Positions 36,305 through 45,727 are shown, counted from the first letter of the stretch. The stretch is DNA of 63,247 nt from an uncultured Gammaproteobacteria bacterium (GCA_964372495.1 CAYJQU010000004.1:51350-114596), one strand, 5' to 3'. Notes: generated from the sequence alone by a model not told the origin. Program-made: numbers and translations.

Positions 36305-36987
36305 TCCAGTGCATGTAGTAGTAGTTTCCTGATTGCTCGGTCGGGAAAACGTTCAATGGGGGGCACAAGAAACCCGTTGGTGATCAACTGCTCTGCAGCG
36401 GTGCGCGACAGTCCCCGAGACATAAGATAAAAAATGTCCTCTTCGTCAATCGGCGCAACCGTCGCCTCGTGGCTACACTTGACTTCGTTTGCTTCAATCT
36501 CTAGTGATGGAATAGCGTTTGCGCGACACTGTTCCCCCAAGAGCAACGTATGACTTGCCAAATAGGAGTCAGTCACCTGCGCCTGCGGCAGAATTTTAAT
36601 TAGTCCATCATAGTCAACCTCTGCCTGGTCCGTTAGAACTCCATGCACGTTGACACGAGCGCTCGTATTCGGTGCTATGTGCCGGGTCACTGTGGTCAGG
36701 TGCACGCTCTGTGTACCGGTGCCAAGGATCACTCCATGGACTGACGCTATTGCTCCTTGTCCATTCAACTGAAGTATCACCCTTTTTGAAACGGTAACCG
36801 GCGCAGTGATAACCAGAAGATACGAAAGTTGCGCATCACGTTCCACCGTCAGCATTGTTTCCTGCGTCACTGCCGTTCCCGCTGTCAGAAGATGCTCGAC
36901 TACGTAGTGTCGCTGGCCCGAGGCAACGACATGGGTCTTTTTCGCGTCGGTGATAGACAGGGAAAAGATCCTGTCCCCTCGCGCCAC
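36292..36987 (-). CDS. sufD: SufD-like protein, short form
   Basis: It sits between sufB and sufS and has a beta-helix-type sequence with C-terminal [21 protein letters not shown]. It is about half the length of canonical SufD. Confidence 0.7.
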   Translation of the reverse strand: MARGDRIFSLSITDAKKTHVVASGQRHYVVEHLLTAGTAVTQETMLTVERDAQLSYLLVITAPVTVSKRVILQLNGQGAIASVHGVILGTGTQSVHLTTVTRHIAPNTSARVNVHGVLTDQAEVDYDGLIKILPQAQVTDSYLASHTLLLGEQCRANAIPSLEIEANEVKCSHEATVAPIDEEDIFYLMSRGLSRTAAEQLITNGFLVPPIERFPDRAIRKLLLHALECSV

Positions 36988-36988
36988 T

Positions 36989-38377
36989 TTATCCTACACC
37001 TTCCACTTCTAGCTCAATCAGGCGATTCATCTCGATGGCATACTCCATCGGCAGTTCTTTCACCACCGGTTCGATAAACCCATTGACAATCATAGCCACC
37101 GCTTGCTGCTCGGTAAGCCCTCGGCTCATCAAGTAAAACAGTTGATCTTCCCCCACCCGAGATACCACTGCCTCATGTTCGATCCTCACTTGCCGCTCAT
37201 CGATCTGAATGGTTGGGTAGGTATCAGAGCGGGAAAGCTCATCCAAAATTAGCGCATCGCAGCGGACTTTTGATCTGCTCCCCTTCGCTCCATCTCGCAC
37301 TTTCAGAAGCCCACGAAATGAGGTGCGTCCTCCTCGATGACAGATCGATTTTGAGATAATTGTTGAAGAAGTGTAGGGCGCAAGGTGCACCGCTTTCCCT
37401 CCTGCGTCTTGATATTGGCCCTCGCCAGCAAGCGCAATCGACAGAATATCGCCCCGCGCTCCTTTCCCGATCAAATAGCACGAAGGGTACTTCATGGTCA
37501 CTTTCGACCCTAAATTCGCGTCAGTCCAGATACCCGTTCCTTCCTCGGCAATTGACATGCGCTTCGTAACCAAGTTGTACACATCAGTACTCCAGTTTTG
37601 CACCGTGGTGTATTGGACTCTGGCCCCCTTCTTGACAATAATCTCAACTACCGCCGAGTGCAGTGAATCAGTAGCGTAGATCGGGGCTGAGCACCCCTCC
37701 GTGTAATGTACAGAACTGCCCTCTTCTGCAATAATGAGCGTCCGTTCAAACTGCCCCATATTGCGCGAGTTGATGCGGAAGTACGCCTGGACCGGCATCT
37801 GAACGTGTACATTACGGGGTACATACAGAAAGCTGCCGCCGGACCATACCGCTGAGTTTAACGCCGCAAACTTATTGTCATGGGGCGGCACCACCCGACC
37901 AAGGTATTCCTTGACCAAGTCGGGATATTGCCGCAACCCCGAATCCATATCAAGGAAAATCACTCCTTGCTGCTCCAGGTCTTTATGTACGCTATGGTAC
38001 ACCGAATCCGATTCGTATTGTGCGGTCACCCCTGCCAAGAATTTACGCTCGGCTTCTGGTACACCAAGCTTATCAAACGTTCTTTTGATATGAGTTGGTA
38101 CCTCTGCCCAGGTCCTTTCTGTTTTCTCTGAAGGTTTAATGTAGTAGTAGATATCACCAAAACGAAGCTGCGTGAGGTCGGGCCCCCATGAAGGGAGCGG
38201 TTTTTGGAGAAAAAGCTCTAGGCTTTTAAGACGAAATTCCCGCATCCAAGTAGGCTCCGATTTCAGCGCTGAAATCTCTTCTACCGCTCTGGCTGAAAGT
38301 CCCTTAGGCGCACGGTATACGTAGCGTTCGGGATCCGCAAAGCCGTAATTGTACTGAGATGGTATAACGCTAGGCAT
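36989..38377 (-). CDS. sufB: Fe-S cluster assembly protein SufB
   Basis: It has typical SufB blocks ([28 protein letters not shown]). The start is set at ATG 38377. Confidence 0.9.
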   Translation of the reverse strand: MPSVIPSQYNYGFADPERYVYRAPKGLSARAVEEISALKSEPTWMREFRLKSLELFLQKPLPSWGPDLTQLRFGDIYYYIKPSEKTERTWAEVPTHIKRTFDKLGVPEAERKFLAGVTAQYESDSVYHSVHKDLEQQGVIFLDMDSGLRQYPDLVKEYLGRVVPPHDNKFAALNSAVWSGGSFLYVPRNVHVQMPVQAYFRINSRNMGQFERTLIIAEEGSSVHYTEGCSAPIYATDSLHSAVVEIIVKKGARVQYTTVQNWSTDVYNLVTKRMSIAEEGTGIWTDANLGSKVTMKYPSCYLIGKGARGDILSIALAGEGQYQDAGGKAVHLAPYTSSTIISKSICHRGGRTSFRGLLKVRDGAKGSRSKVRCDALILDELSRSDTYPTIQIDERQVRIEHEAVVSRVGEDQLFYLMSRGLTEQQAVAMIVNGFIEPVVKELPMEYAIEMNRLIELEVEGVG

Positions 38378-39122
38378 GACCCACCTCCACAAACGGTCGA
38401 TACCCTTCTTGCTCGATCGCGGTTACCAAAGTAGCGTCGCCGGTACTTATTAGCTTTCCCCGATTCATAACGTGCACTACATCCGGCTGCAGATAATTGA
38501 GGAGTCGCTGATAGTGCGTAATTACCAACGCTCCTGCTCCTTCCGCTACCATCCGGCTGACACCCGATGCGACCAGTTTCAATGCGTCTACATCGAGTCC
38601 TGAATCTGTCTCGTCGCAGATAACCATAGAGGGCGTCAGAATTCGCATCTGCAGCACTTCCGTTTTCTTCTTTTCGCCTCCAGAAAATCCCTCATTGAGG
38701 TAGCGGTCGGCAAAGCCAGGGTCTATGCAAAGCTGACTCATCGTCTCCAGTAAACGTGTCCGAAACGCGGCAGGAGTTAACTTGGCTGTAGGGTGCAGCG
38801 TGTTGTAAGACATGCGCAGAAACTGTCCCAAGCGCACGCCCGAGATTTCAAGCGGGTACTGAAATGCCAAAAATAGCCCCTGCTTGGCGCGCTCATGCGG
38901 ATTCAAAGCCAAGATATTAGACCGTCCATATCTTACCGTTCCAGAAGTTACTACATAGCGCGGGTGCCCCATGATCGTATAGGCAAGCGTACTTTTGCCT
39001 GATCCGTTGGGGCCCATAAGTGCGTGTACCTTTCCTGGTTCTACGCTTAAACTGAACCCGTCAATGATACGGCTGCCATCTACCGAAACGGAAAGATTTT
39101 TGATTACTAGCTTTTTGCCCAT
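38370..39122 (-). CDS. sufC: Fe-S cluster assembly ATPase SufC
   Basis: It has [19 protein letters not shown] and [10 protein letters not shown]. Confidence 0.9.
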   Translation of the reverse strand: MGKKLVIKNLSVSVDGSRIIDGFSLSVEPGKVHALMGPNGSGKSTLAYTIMGHPRYVVTSGTVRYGRSNILALNPHERAKQGLFLAFQYPLEISGVRLGQFLRMSYNTLHPTAKLTPAAFRTRLLETMSQLCIDPGFADRYLNEGFSGGEKKKTEVLQMRILTPSMVICDETDSGLDVDALKLVASGVSRMVAEGAGALVITHYQRLLNYLQPDVVHVMNRGKLISTGDATLVTAIEQEGYRPFVEVGHA

Positions 39123-39155
39123 ACGCTCATCTTACCAGGGTAGGTCAAGTAGATC

Positions 39156-40016
39156 TTACGCGAACTCGTTTAAGAAGGCGGTTACATCAACGTTGTCGAT
39201 GGATTGCGAAACGAGCGGCGTCTCTTTGATTTGGGGCAGTTCATCAGTATATAATGGTCGCTCTTCCTTATAGATAATGCCTATAGGAATTTTTTCTCCC
39301 CACTCCTGCGACTTTGTAAATGCCGCCTGTTTATCCTTTGGATCGTGTTCTGCTTCCTCCAGTTTATAAACCCTTTGGAAGTAAAATTGATAGGTATTGA
39401 CATGGTTGTATGTCACGCAGGGCTGCAGTACGTCTATAAGCGCAAAGCCTCGGTGATTGTAGGCTTCCACCAGGATTTTTGTGAGATGTTTGACATCTCC
39501 TGCAAACCCGCGCGCGACAAACGTTGCCCCGGAGGCGATTGCCACTGCCAGCGGATTTAATGGTACCTCGATCACGCCCTCAGGAGTCGCCTTCGTCTTA
39601 AATCCATGCTCAGCAGTTGGTGAGGTTTGCCCGGTGGTCAGTCCGTACACCTGGTTATCATGTACCACATACACCATATCCATATTGCGCCGGCACGCAT
39701 GAAGAAAATGGTTCCCGCCCTCACCGTATCCATCTCCGTCGCCGCCGATGATAAACACGTTGAGGGTGTGATTAGCAAGCTTTATGCCGGTCGCAAGCGG
39801 CAAGGCCCGGCCATGTAATCCCTGAAATCCATAAGTATTCACCCAATACGGCAGTTTACTCGAGCAGCCGATACCGGACACGAGCACTACCTGGTGTGGC
39901 TCAAGATTCAGCTCTACCAACGCCTGTTTTACAGCTACCCAGATCCCAAAATCACCACAACCCAAGCACCAGTTGGGTTTGCTATACCCAATCTCAAAAT
40001 CTTTAAGCTGTGCCAT
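39156..40016 (-). CDS. 2-oxoacid:ferredoxin oxidoreductase, beta (TPP-binding) subunit
   Basis: It has NWCLGCGDFG and the GGDGDGYGEGGNH TPP motif. The start is set at ATG 40016. Confidence 0.85.
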   Translation of the reverse strand: MAQLKDFEIGYSKPNWCLGCGDFGIWVAVKQALVELNLEPHQVVLVSGIGCSSKLPYWVNTYGFQGLHGRALPLATGIKLANHTLNVFIIGGDGDGYGEGGNHFLHACRRNMDMVYVVHDNQVYGLTTGQTSPTAEHGFKTKATPEGVIEVPLNPLAVAIASGATFVARGFAGDVKHLTKILVEAYNHRGFALIDVLQPCVTYNHVNTYQFYFQRVYKLEEAEHDPKDKQAAFTKSQEWGEKIPIGIIYKEERPLYTDELPQIKETPLVSQSIDNVDVTAFLNEFA

Positions 40017-42162
40017 TACTTCCCCCTGAAGCCATTGCTGCTCTCCCAACAGCAGTTGAGCTTTTTACCACACCCTGGGCCGCAACACTAATATCCATAT
40101 GGTCGTGCCAGGCAGTCAACAGTGTTGTGCGCTGCTGTGCGGTGCCAGCCAAAATCATCTTCACGTGCTCAAAAATCTCCTGCGGATAAAAGGGACGGCC
40201 ATCGTACTTGAGGAGTACGTAGTCAGCCTTCTTGCCAGTCATTTCAGTAATGAGCCCATCGAACTGCCCCGAGTAGTTGTTTTCTACCACCACTGTTTTC
40301 TTAGCACTACCAAACACCTGCGTCACCCTTTCCGATGAAAATGGCAAGAGGTAGACAATCTGTTGGTAGTTCACGAGAAGCCCTTCCCTTTTACACAACT
40401 TGAGGGCTTCAAGGATGGGGCCTCTGGTGGAGCCCCATCCCAATATGGTAAGGTCTGCTTCCTCAGGCCCCACTACTGCCGGCTCCAGCAGCTCTTTCTG
40501 GGCAGCCACAAGTTTCTTAAATCGCTTCTCGACCATGGCTTTGCGATTCTTGGCACTCTCTTCAAAAAGTCCCCGCTCGTCATGCTCGTCTGAAGTTACC
40601 ATTGACTCCCCACCCTTGGTTCCAGAGAGTACGCGCGGCGAAATGCCATCTTGACTAAAGGCAAATCGCTGATACTTCTGGCCGTTGCCTAGTCTGGCCG
40701 CAAGTTCTTGCTCTGATAGCCACGCGCCCCGGTCAATCCTCATTTTCCCTTGGTCAAAGGGCGGCATAGACCAGTGGGACTCAGCCAAGTACTTATCTGT
40801 CAGTACTATCACAACGAGCTGATATTTTTCAGCCAGATTAAACGCATCCGCAATACGGTAAAAACAATCCTCCGGGTCACCGAGGGCTAAAACGATCCGC
40901 GGAAAATCCCCCTGATGGCAATGCATCACAAAGCGCAAATCCCCTTGCTCGGTCCAGGTAGGCATACCAGTTGCAGGACCAGGTCGCATACCTTCCACAA
41001 TCACCAGGGGCGTTTCTGTTTCGGCCGCCAGCCCTACTCCCTCAACCATCAGTGAAAACCCCCCACCACTCGTTGCGGTCATCGCGCGAACCCCGGCGTA
41101 GGACGCTCCGATTGCCATGTTGATACCCGCGATCTCATCCTCAGGCTCTTTGACGATCAGCTTAAACTCCCGGTCTTTTGCAGCCATGGTGTGCAGAATT
41201 GCGTTAATAGGGGTCATTGGATACGCTGCCAAGAACTTACACCCTGCGCGCAGTGCTCCTGCGACAAGCGCGTCATTGCCAGAAATGACCAGCTGCTTAG
41301 CCCGATCATCTTTTGGCACGAGTTTCCACCCAAACTCCTCTTTGAAATGTTCTCGTATGTAGTCATACCCTAGGTGTATTGCCTTCTTATTGATCGCTAC
41401 GGCTTCACCTTTCTTGGCAAATATTTCCTCGATCAGGACATCGACGATGGACAGGTCGTAGTCAACAAGGGCGAACGACGCCCCCAACGCCACCGTGTTT
41501 TTCATCAGATCATCGCCTCCTGCCTGTTTGGCAAGCTCAATAAGGGGTACCGGGTAGAGTTTCAAATCAGACCGCGGAAGCGCTGGCTCGAGTTTTACTT
41601 TACTGCTCTCGTACAGTAAGCCCCCATTGGGTGAGATCTCACGGTAATGCTGGTCAATGGTTAAACGGTCTAATGCCACCAGCAGATCCACCCATGGAAC
41701 CTGGGAGAAAATGGGAATCTCCTCTACGCGTACGTAATACGAATTATGGCCGCCTCGTATAAGGGAAGGGTATTCTGCGTAGTCAAAAATGCAGAGGCCC
41801 CCACGCGTACATGCTTTGCTAAAGAGCATCCCAGTCACCATGATGCCATACCCAGCTTCTCCGCCAACCAGGTAGGTAAAGCGATTAACCTGCCTCCCTT
41901 CCCGAATCCGCTCAGGTACTGCAACCGGCCACAAAATTGGTTCGTTGACCGGCGGTATAGCAACCAGTGGTGGCCGACTCTGATCCAGCTGCGGTGTAAG
42001 GTCGGCGTCGTTGAGTCTCAACTCATCAGTATGCTGCTCCTCCTCCTGGGGAAATGGTTGGACGATCCGCGCAACTTGCGTGTCCGTGTGCTCATTTTGC
42101 CCAATGGCTGAACTTGTTTTTCGGAAAAAGAAGCGTTTCCCCGGCAGTGAAAAGGGAGACAT
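40003..42162 (-). CDS. 2-oxoacid:ferredoxin oxidoreductase, fused gamma-alpha subunit with an N-terminal extension of about 90 aa
   Basis: The gamma-like VGGEAGYGIM begins at about residue 97. The alpha domain follows (AAYPMTPIN, TSGGGFSLM). Confidence 0.85.
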   Translation of the reverse strand: MSPFSLPGKRFFFRKTSSAIGQNEHTDTQVARIVQPFPQEEEQHTDELRLNDADLTPQLDQSRPPLVAIPPVNEPILWPVAVPERIREGRQVNRFTYLVGGEAGYGIMVTGMLFSKACTRGGLCIFDYAEYPSLIRGGHNSYYVRVEEIPIFSQVPWVDLLVALDRLTIDQHYREISPNGGLLYESSKVKLEPALPRSDLKLYPVPLIELAKQAGGDDLMKNTVALGASFALVDYDLSIVDVLIEEIFAKKGEAVAINKKAIHLGYDYIREHFKEEFGWKLVPKDDRAKQLVISGNDALVAGALRAGCKFLAAYPMTPINAILHTMAAKDREFKLIVKEPEDEIAGINMAIGASYAGVRAMTATSGGGFSLMVEGVGLAAETETPLVIVEGMRPGPATGMPTWTEQGDLRFVMHCHQGDFPRIVLALGDPEDCFYRIADAFNLAEKYQLVVIVLTDKYLAESHWSMPPFDQGKMRIDRGAWLSEQELAARLGNGQKYQRFAFSQDGISPRVLSGTKGGESMVTSDEHDERGLFEESAKNRKAMVEKRFKKLVAAQKELLEPAVVGPEEADLTILGWGSTRGPILEALKLCKREGLLVNYQQIVYLLPFSSERVTQVFGSAKKTVVVENNYSGQFDGLITEMTGKKADYVLLKYDGRPFYPQEIFEHVKMILAGTAQQRTTLLTAWHDHMDISVAAQGVVKSSTAVGRAAMASGGSNGTA

Positions 42163-42171
42163 ACGATGCGC

Positions 42172-42201
42172 ATTATCGCACAGTTGTCACCATGCTACAA
42201 T
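42172..42201. promoter_or_regulatory. Back-to-back extended -10 elements for the OFOR alpha subunit (minus) and nth (plus)
   Basis: On the minus strand TGCGATAAT (42172..42180) lies 9 nt before ATG 42162. On the plus strand TGCTACAAT (42193..42201) lies 6 nt before ATG 42208. Confidence 0.45.
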
Positions 42202-42207
42202 GGAGGC

Positions 42208-42876
42208 ATGGCACGGGTAACAGATAAAGTCGTCGAGACTTTAGACGAGCTGTATCCGAACGCTGCCTGCTCGCTTGCCTTCTCAAATCCACTGGAGCTT
42301 CTGGTAGCTACTATTCTTTCGGCACAATGTACCGATGCCCGCGTCAATATCGTCACCCAACGTCTGTTTCTGAAATATCCTACAACCAAAGACTATGCTC
42401 AAGCTCCGCTCTCTGAACTTGAGCAGGACGTACGCTCTACCGGGTTCTATAAAAATAAAGCCAAAGCAATTAAGGGTGCAGCCCGTCTCTTGGTTGAACG
42501 GTTCAATGGGAAGGTACCGGACACCATGGCAGGACTATTGACTCTTCCGGGGGTGGCGCGCAAGACCGCCAACGTCGTGCTCGGAAACGCCTTTGGCAAG
42601 CAGGCAGGCATTGTGGTCGACACCCATGTGAGCCGGATCAGTCAGCGGCTGGGGCTGAGTACCCAAAAGGATCCCGTTAAAATTGAGCGAGACTTAATGA
42701 CACAGATTCCAAGGGAACGGTGGACACAGTTTGCCCATCAACTGATCCAGTTCGGCAGAGACCTTTGTAAGGCACCAAAGCCGCTCTGTCCACAATGCCC
42801 CATGCGCTCCTTCTGCCCATCAGCTAATACGTACTATCCAGAAATGCAAACCGTTGACAGACAACTGCACAGATGA
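42208..42876 (+). CDS. nth: Endonuclease III
   Basis: It has the HhH-GPD core (LPGVARKTANVVL, VDTHVSRISQRLG) and the C-terminal 4Fe-4S loop CKAPKPLCPQCPMRSFC. Confidence 0.9.
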   Translation: MARVTDKVVETLDELYPNAACSLAFSNPLELLVATILSAQCTDARVNIVTQRLFLKYPTTKDYAQAPLSELEQDVRSTGFYKNKAKAIKGAARLLVERFNGKVPDTMAGLLTLPGVARKTANVVLGNAFGKQAGIVVDTHVSRISQRLGLSTQKDPVKIERDLMTQIPRERWTQFAHQLIQFGRDLCKAPKPLCPQCPMRSFCPSANTYYPEMQTVDRQLHR

Positions 42877-42898
42877 TAAACTTAGCTAAGTTAGCTAA
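42854..42898 (+). promoter_or_regulatory. Promoter plus twin palindromic operators of the Phd/VapC operon
   Basis: It reads TTGACA (42854..42859), a 17-nt spacer, then TAAACT (42877..42882), preceded by TGA. The palindrome TTAGCTAA occurs twice (42882..42889 and 42891..42898). Confidence 0.5.
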
Positions 42899-42913
42899 AT
42901 CGTGGAGGATCCT

Positions 42914-43147
42914 ATGCAAATTGTGAATATTCACCAAGCGAAAACTAACCTCTCGAAACTGATAGAAAAGGTACTTCAGGATGAGGAAGTTATCATTGCT
43001 AAAGCGGGGAAGCCCGTGGTCAAGCTCACGTCCTACCAGGCGCCACTGAAGCCTCGCAAGCCGGGACTCTGGAAGGGTAAAGCGTGGATAGCTGATGACT
43101 TCAACGAAGAAGACGAAGAGATAAATAAGCTCTTCTATGGCGAGTAG
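42914..43147 (+). CDS. Phd/YefM-family antitoxin
   Basis: It begins MQIVNIHQAKTNLSKLIEKV and has an acidic C-terminus. The Shine-Dalgarno sequence GGAGGA lies 4 nt upstream of ATG 42914. Confidence 0.75.
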   Translation: MQIVNIHQAKTNLSKLIEKVLQDEEVIIAKAGKPVVKLTSYQAPLKPRKPGLWKGKAWIADDFNEEDEEINKLFYGE

Positions 43148-43523
43148 CACAAGCTACCTTATAGACACCCATATCTTCATCTGGTGGATGCAGAAATCCC
43201 CTAAGCTTCCCGTTGATATCATGACTCTACTGACAAACTCACGTGAGGACATTTATTTGAGTGTAGCAAGTGTGTGGGAGATGATTATCAAGAGACAGAA
43301 AAAGAAGCTAAAAACGCCGAGTATACCACATGGAGTAAGAGAGGGCCGCTTCGGACTGCTTGAGATAAAACTTGCGCACGTGCTTTGTATCGAGTCATTG
43401 CCGCCCTACCATAATGACCCGTTTGACCGATTACTAATTGCTCAAGCAATTACTGAGGGGCTTATCCTCATCAGCTCGGATGAAAAAATAGCGCGATATA
43501 ACGTACCGCTACTTAGAGCATAG
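43137..43523 (+). CDS. vapC: PIN-domain toxin VapC
   Basis: It has YLIDTHIFIWW and DPFDRLLIAQA motifs. It overlaps the antitoxin gene by 11 nt. Confidence 0.8.
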   Translation: MASSTSYLIDTHIFIWWMQKSPKLPVDIMTLLTNSREDIYLSVASVWEMIIKRQKKKLKTPSIPHGVREGRFGLLEIKLAHVLCIESLPPYHNDPFDRLLIAQAITEGLILISSDEKIARYNVPLLRA

Positions 43524-43547
43524 GCTCGCAACCTCTCTTGCCCACAG

Positions 43548-44186
43548 CTAAAACGCATCATCCTCAGCTGATTTGTACTGCTCAAAGCTAGGAAAAGCCG
43601 ACGGACTACTCAATAATTTCGGGATTTTCCTTTTCGGTGTTGCCGACTCTACGAATTGCTGCTTTAGTGGGCTGTTGATGAAGGTGGTATAGACACGGTA
43701 GAGGAGAAACGCATTAAGTGAGATAATGATAACCGCGGACACAAGCGCCAACGGCCACAGAGTTTGTACTACCCACACCCGTGACCCTACTGCCTTATCG
43801 TGCCACCCCTGTTTGTTTTCATCTTTGATAATCGAGAAGTACCCCAAGCCAAAATACAATGAGGAAAAAGGATAACCCACTAGGGTGCGAAACAGGCTGC
43901 GCTTAAACGACAACAGCTGTCCTTCTTCATCAGTTATGCGAAGTCCGGTGAGGAGTTTCCCTGGAGTCGCGCCGACTCGACTTACCATGTAGGGGTATAA
44001 AAAGAGCAGTCCCAGCGAAGCACCGGTAATAAATATAAAGTACAGCATGCTTGCAAATCCAAGCTCAGAAAGGGTGCGGCTGCCTGCGATGTATAACCCG
44101 AAAAGGAGGTGGGGAATGAGCAGAAGTGTCGTATCAGTTACACTAGCAAGCAAACGTAGCAGAAAACCAGCTGGTCTTTCACTCAT
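43548..44186 (-). CDS. RDD-family membrane protein
   Basis: It has a GFLLRLLASVTD start region, three TM segments, and the conserved GWHDKAVGSRV. The start is set at ATG 44186. Confidence 0.65.
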   Translation of the reverse strand: MSERPAGFLLRLLASVTDTTLLLIPHLLFGLYIAGSRTLSELGFASMLYFIFITGASLGLLFLYPYMVSRVGATPGKLLTGLRITDEEGQLLSFKRSLFRTLVGYPFSSLYFGLGYFSIIKDENKQGWHDKAVGSRVWVVQTLWPLALVSAVIIISLNAFLLYRVYTTFINSPLKQQFVESATPKRKIPKLLSSPSAFPSFEQYKSAEDDAF

Positions 44187-45252
44187 ACTTGCCTCGAATT
44201 TGGTTGTACGCAATTGTCCATGTGGATGCCTTAAATGCCGTGACAATGCCCACCAGGAGCAGATACCCGAGGACAAATGCCAGTCCGAGGACGCCCCCCC
44301 CTACAAAAAGGCCGATTGCCAGCCCAGGATTGCCCTCAAAGCTTAAAAGGCCTCCCACCACCAGACCCACAAGAATAAGGATAGGCCCCCCGATGATAAG
44401 GAGGGACAAGATGGTGTTGACCAATCCGAGAAGGAGCATGGACCAAAACTTGCGCTTGGCCATACGAAAACTCTCCCAGAATGCGTCTCGCCAGGGCTTA
44501 TCATCCATAATCACTTTTCGCACTGCCCAGATGAGTGTAAGGGTAAGAAGGATTACCGCTGCTATCCAGACGAATACGCCAATAAACAGCACAAGCCCGC
44601 TCACCACCTTAAGCAGTATCGGACCTAGGATGATTCCCATAATCGGCAAGCCAATAGCTCCAATTGATGCGATCCAAAAAAGCAGACCTGGAATGAATGC
44701 GAGGAGGACAAGCTGCTTTATGCTTTTGAACGCGTTGGCCGATGCATCCTTGATCGAAACGGTATGGTTGTGTAAGGCTGCCTGAATACCCTGGATAAGA
44801 GAGGCCTCTGACCACGCTTTTGATACGAGAGCTACCACGGTCGCGACGAGAACGAGTGCCAGAAGCTCAATACCTAAAATTACATAAAAGTACACAGGCA
44901 CGTGTGCAAACAACTGAGAAAGCATCTCGCCCCAGGGACTACTGCTCGCCGCCCCTAACACTTGAGTTCCGGCCTCCGGCAACGCAGGAGAGCTCGGTGG
45001 GCCTTCCTTTAGCAGCTTGTCAGTGAGTCGGTCCCATGCTCGAGAGTTCCCGTTGAAGTTCAGGCTTCCCATACCAACACCCACCGCCATCCCAAACACC
45101 CACAGCACTTTGTGTTTCTTTACGATTTCCCAGGAGCGGTGGTAGAGATCGGAGATGGACCAATCAGGAGGTTCGCCATAGAGGATGTGGGGCCTGTCAC
45201 GTTCGACAAATGTACGTGGCTTATCCTGACTCTGTACATTACTTGTTGACAT
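44179..45252 (-). CDS. Polytopic membrane protein of unknown function
   Basis: This 357-aa ORF has at least 6 long hydrophobic segments. I recognise no catalytic motif. Confidence 0.5.
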   Translation of the reverse strand: MSTSNVQSQDKPRTFVERDRPHILYGEPPDWSISDLYHRSWEIVKKHKVLWVFGMAVGVGMGSLNFNGNSRAWDRLTDKLLKEGPPSSPALPEAGTQVLGAASSSPWGEMLSQLFAHVPVYFYVILGIELLALVLVATVVALVSKAWSEASLIQGIQAALHNHTVSIKDASANAFKSIKQLVLLAFIPGLLFWIASIGAIGLPIMGIILGPILLKVVSGLVLFIGVFVWIAAVILLTLTLIWAVRKVIMDDKPWRDAFWESFRMAKRKFWSMLLLGLVNTILSLLIIGGPILILVGLVVGGLLSFEGNPGLAIGLFVGGGVLGLAFVLGYLLLVGIVTAFKASTWTIAYNQIRGKYE

Positions 45253-45317
45253 TAATAAAAGTATGGTACGCTGGATTAAGAGGTAATGTCAATCTCAACC
45301 TAAAGGAGGTGAAAAAG

Positions 45318-45722
45318 ATGCAGCAGCAATATGCGAGCTTTGGTAGACGATTCGTTGCAGTGTTTCTTGACTTTCTTATCGTTGGAATCCCCACCGGAAT
45401 TCTCAACTACGTACTTACCCTTGTCCTACAAACTGATTCAACAACACAGCTCGCCTATGTCCTCAACATCGCGGCAGGTTTCGGCTACTACGTGCTCTAT
45501 CAGTCCAAAGCGGGACAAACCTTGGGGAAAAAGGTGCTTGGGGTAAAGGTAGTCAATGCGGAAGGCCATACGCCCTCTATGATAACCTTTTTCCTGCGCG
45601 AATTCATAGGCAAGCTAGTCTCTGGTCTTATTCTCGGAATCGGTTACCTGTGGCCGCTCTGGGACAAGAACAAGCAAGCGCTACACGATAAAATCGCAAG
45701 CACGTTTGTGGTACGCGTATAG
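45318..45722 (+). CDS. RDD-family membrane protein
   Basis: It has FGRRFVAVFLDFLIVG and ALHDKIASTFVV. The strong Shine-Dalgarno sequence AAGGAGGTG lies 7 nt before ATG 45318. Confidence 0.7.
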   Translation: MQQQYASFGRRFVAVFLDFLIVGIPTGILNYVLTLVLQTDSTTQLAYVLNIAAGFGYYVLYQSKAGQTLGKKVLGVKVVNAEGHTPSMITFFLREFIGKLVSGLILGIGYLWPLWDKNKQALHDKIASTFVVRV

Positions 45723-45727
45723 ACTTT

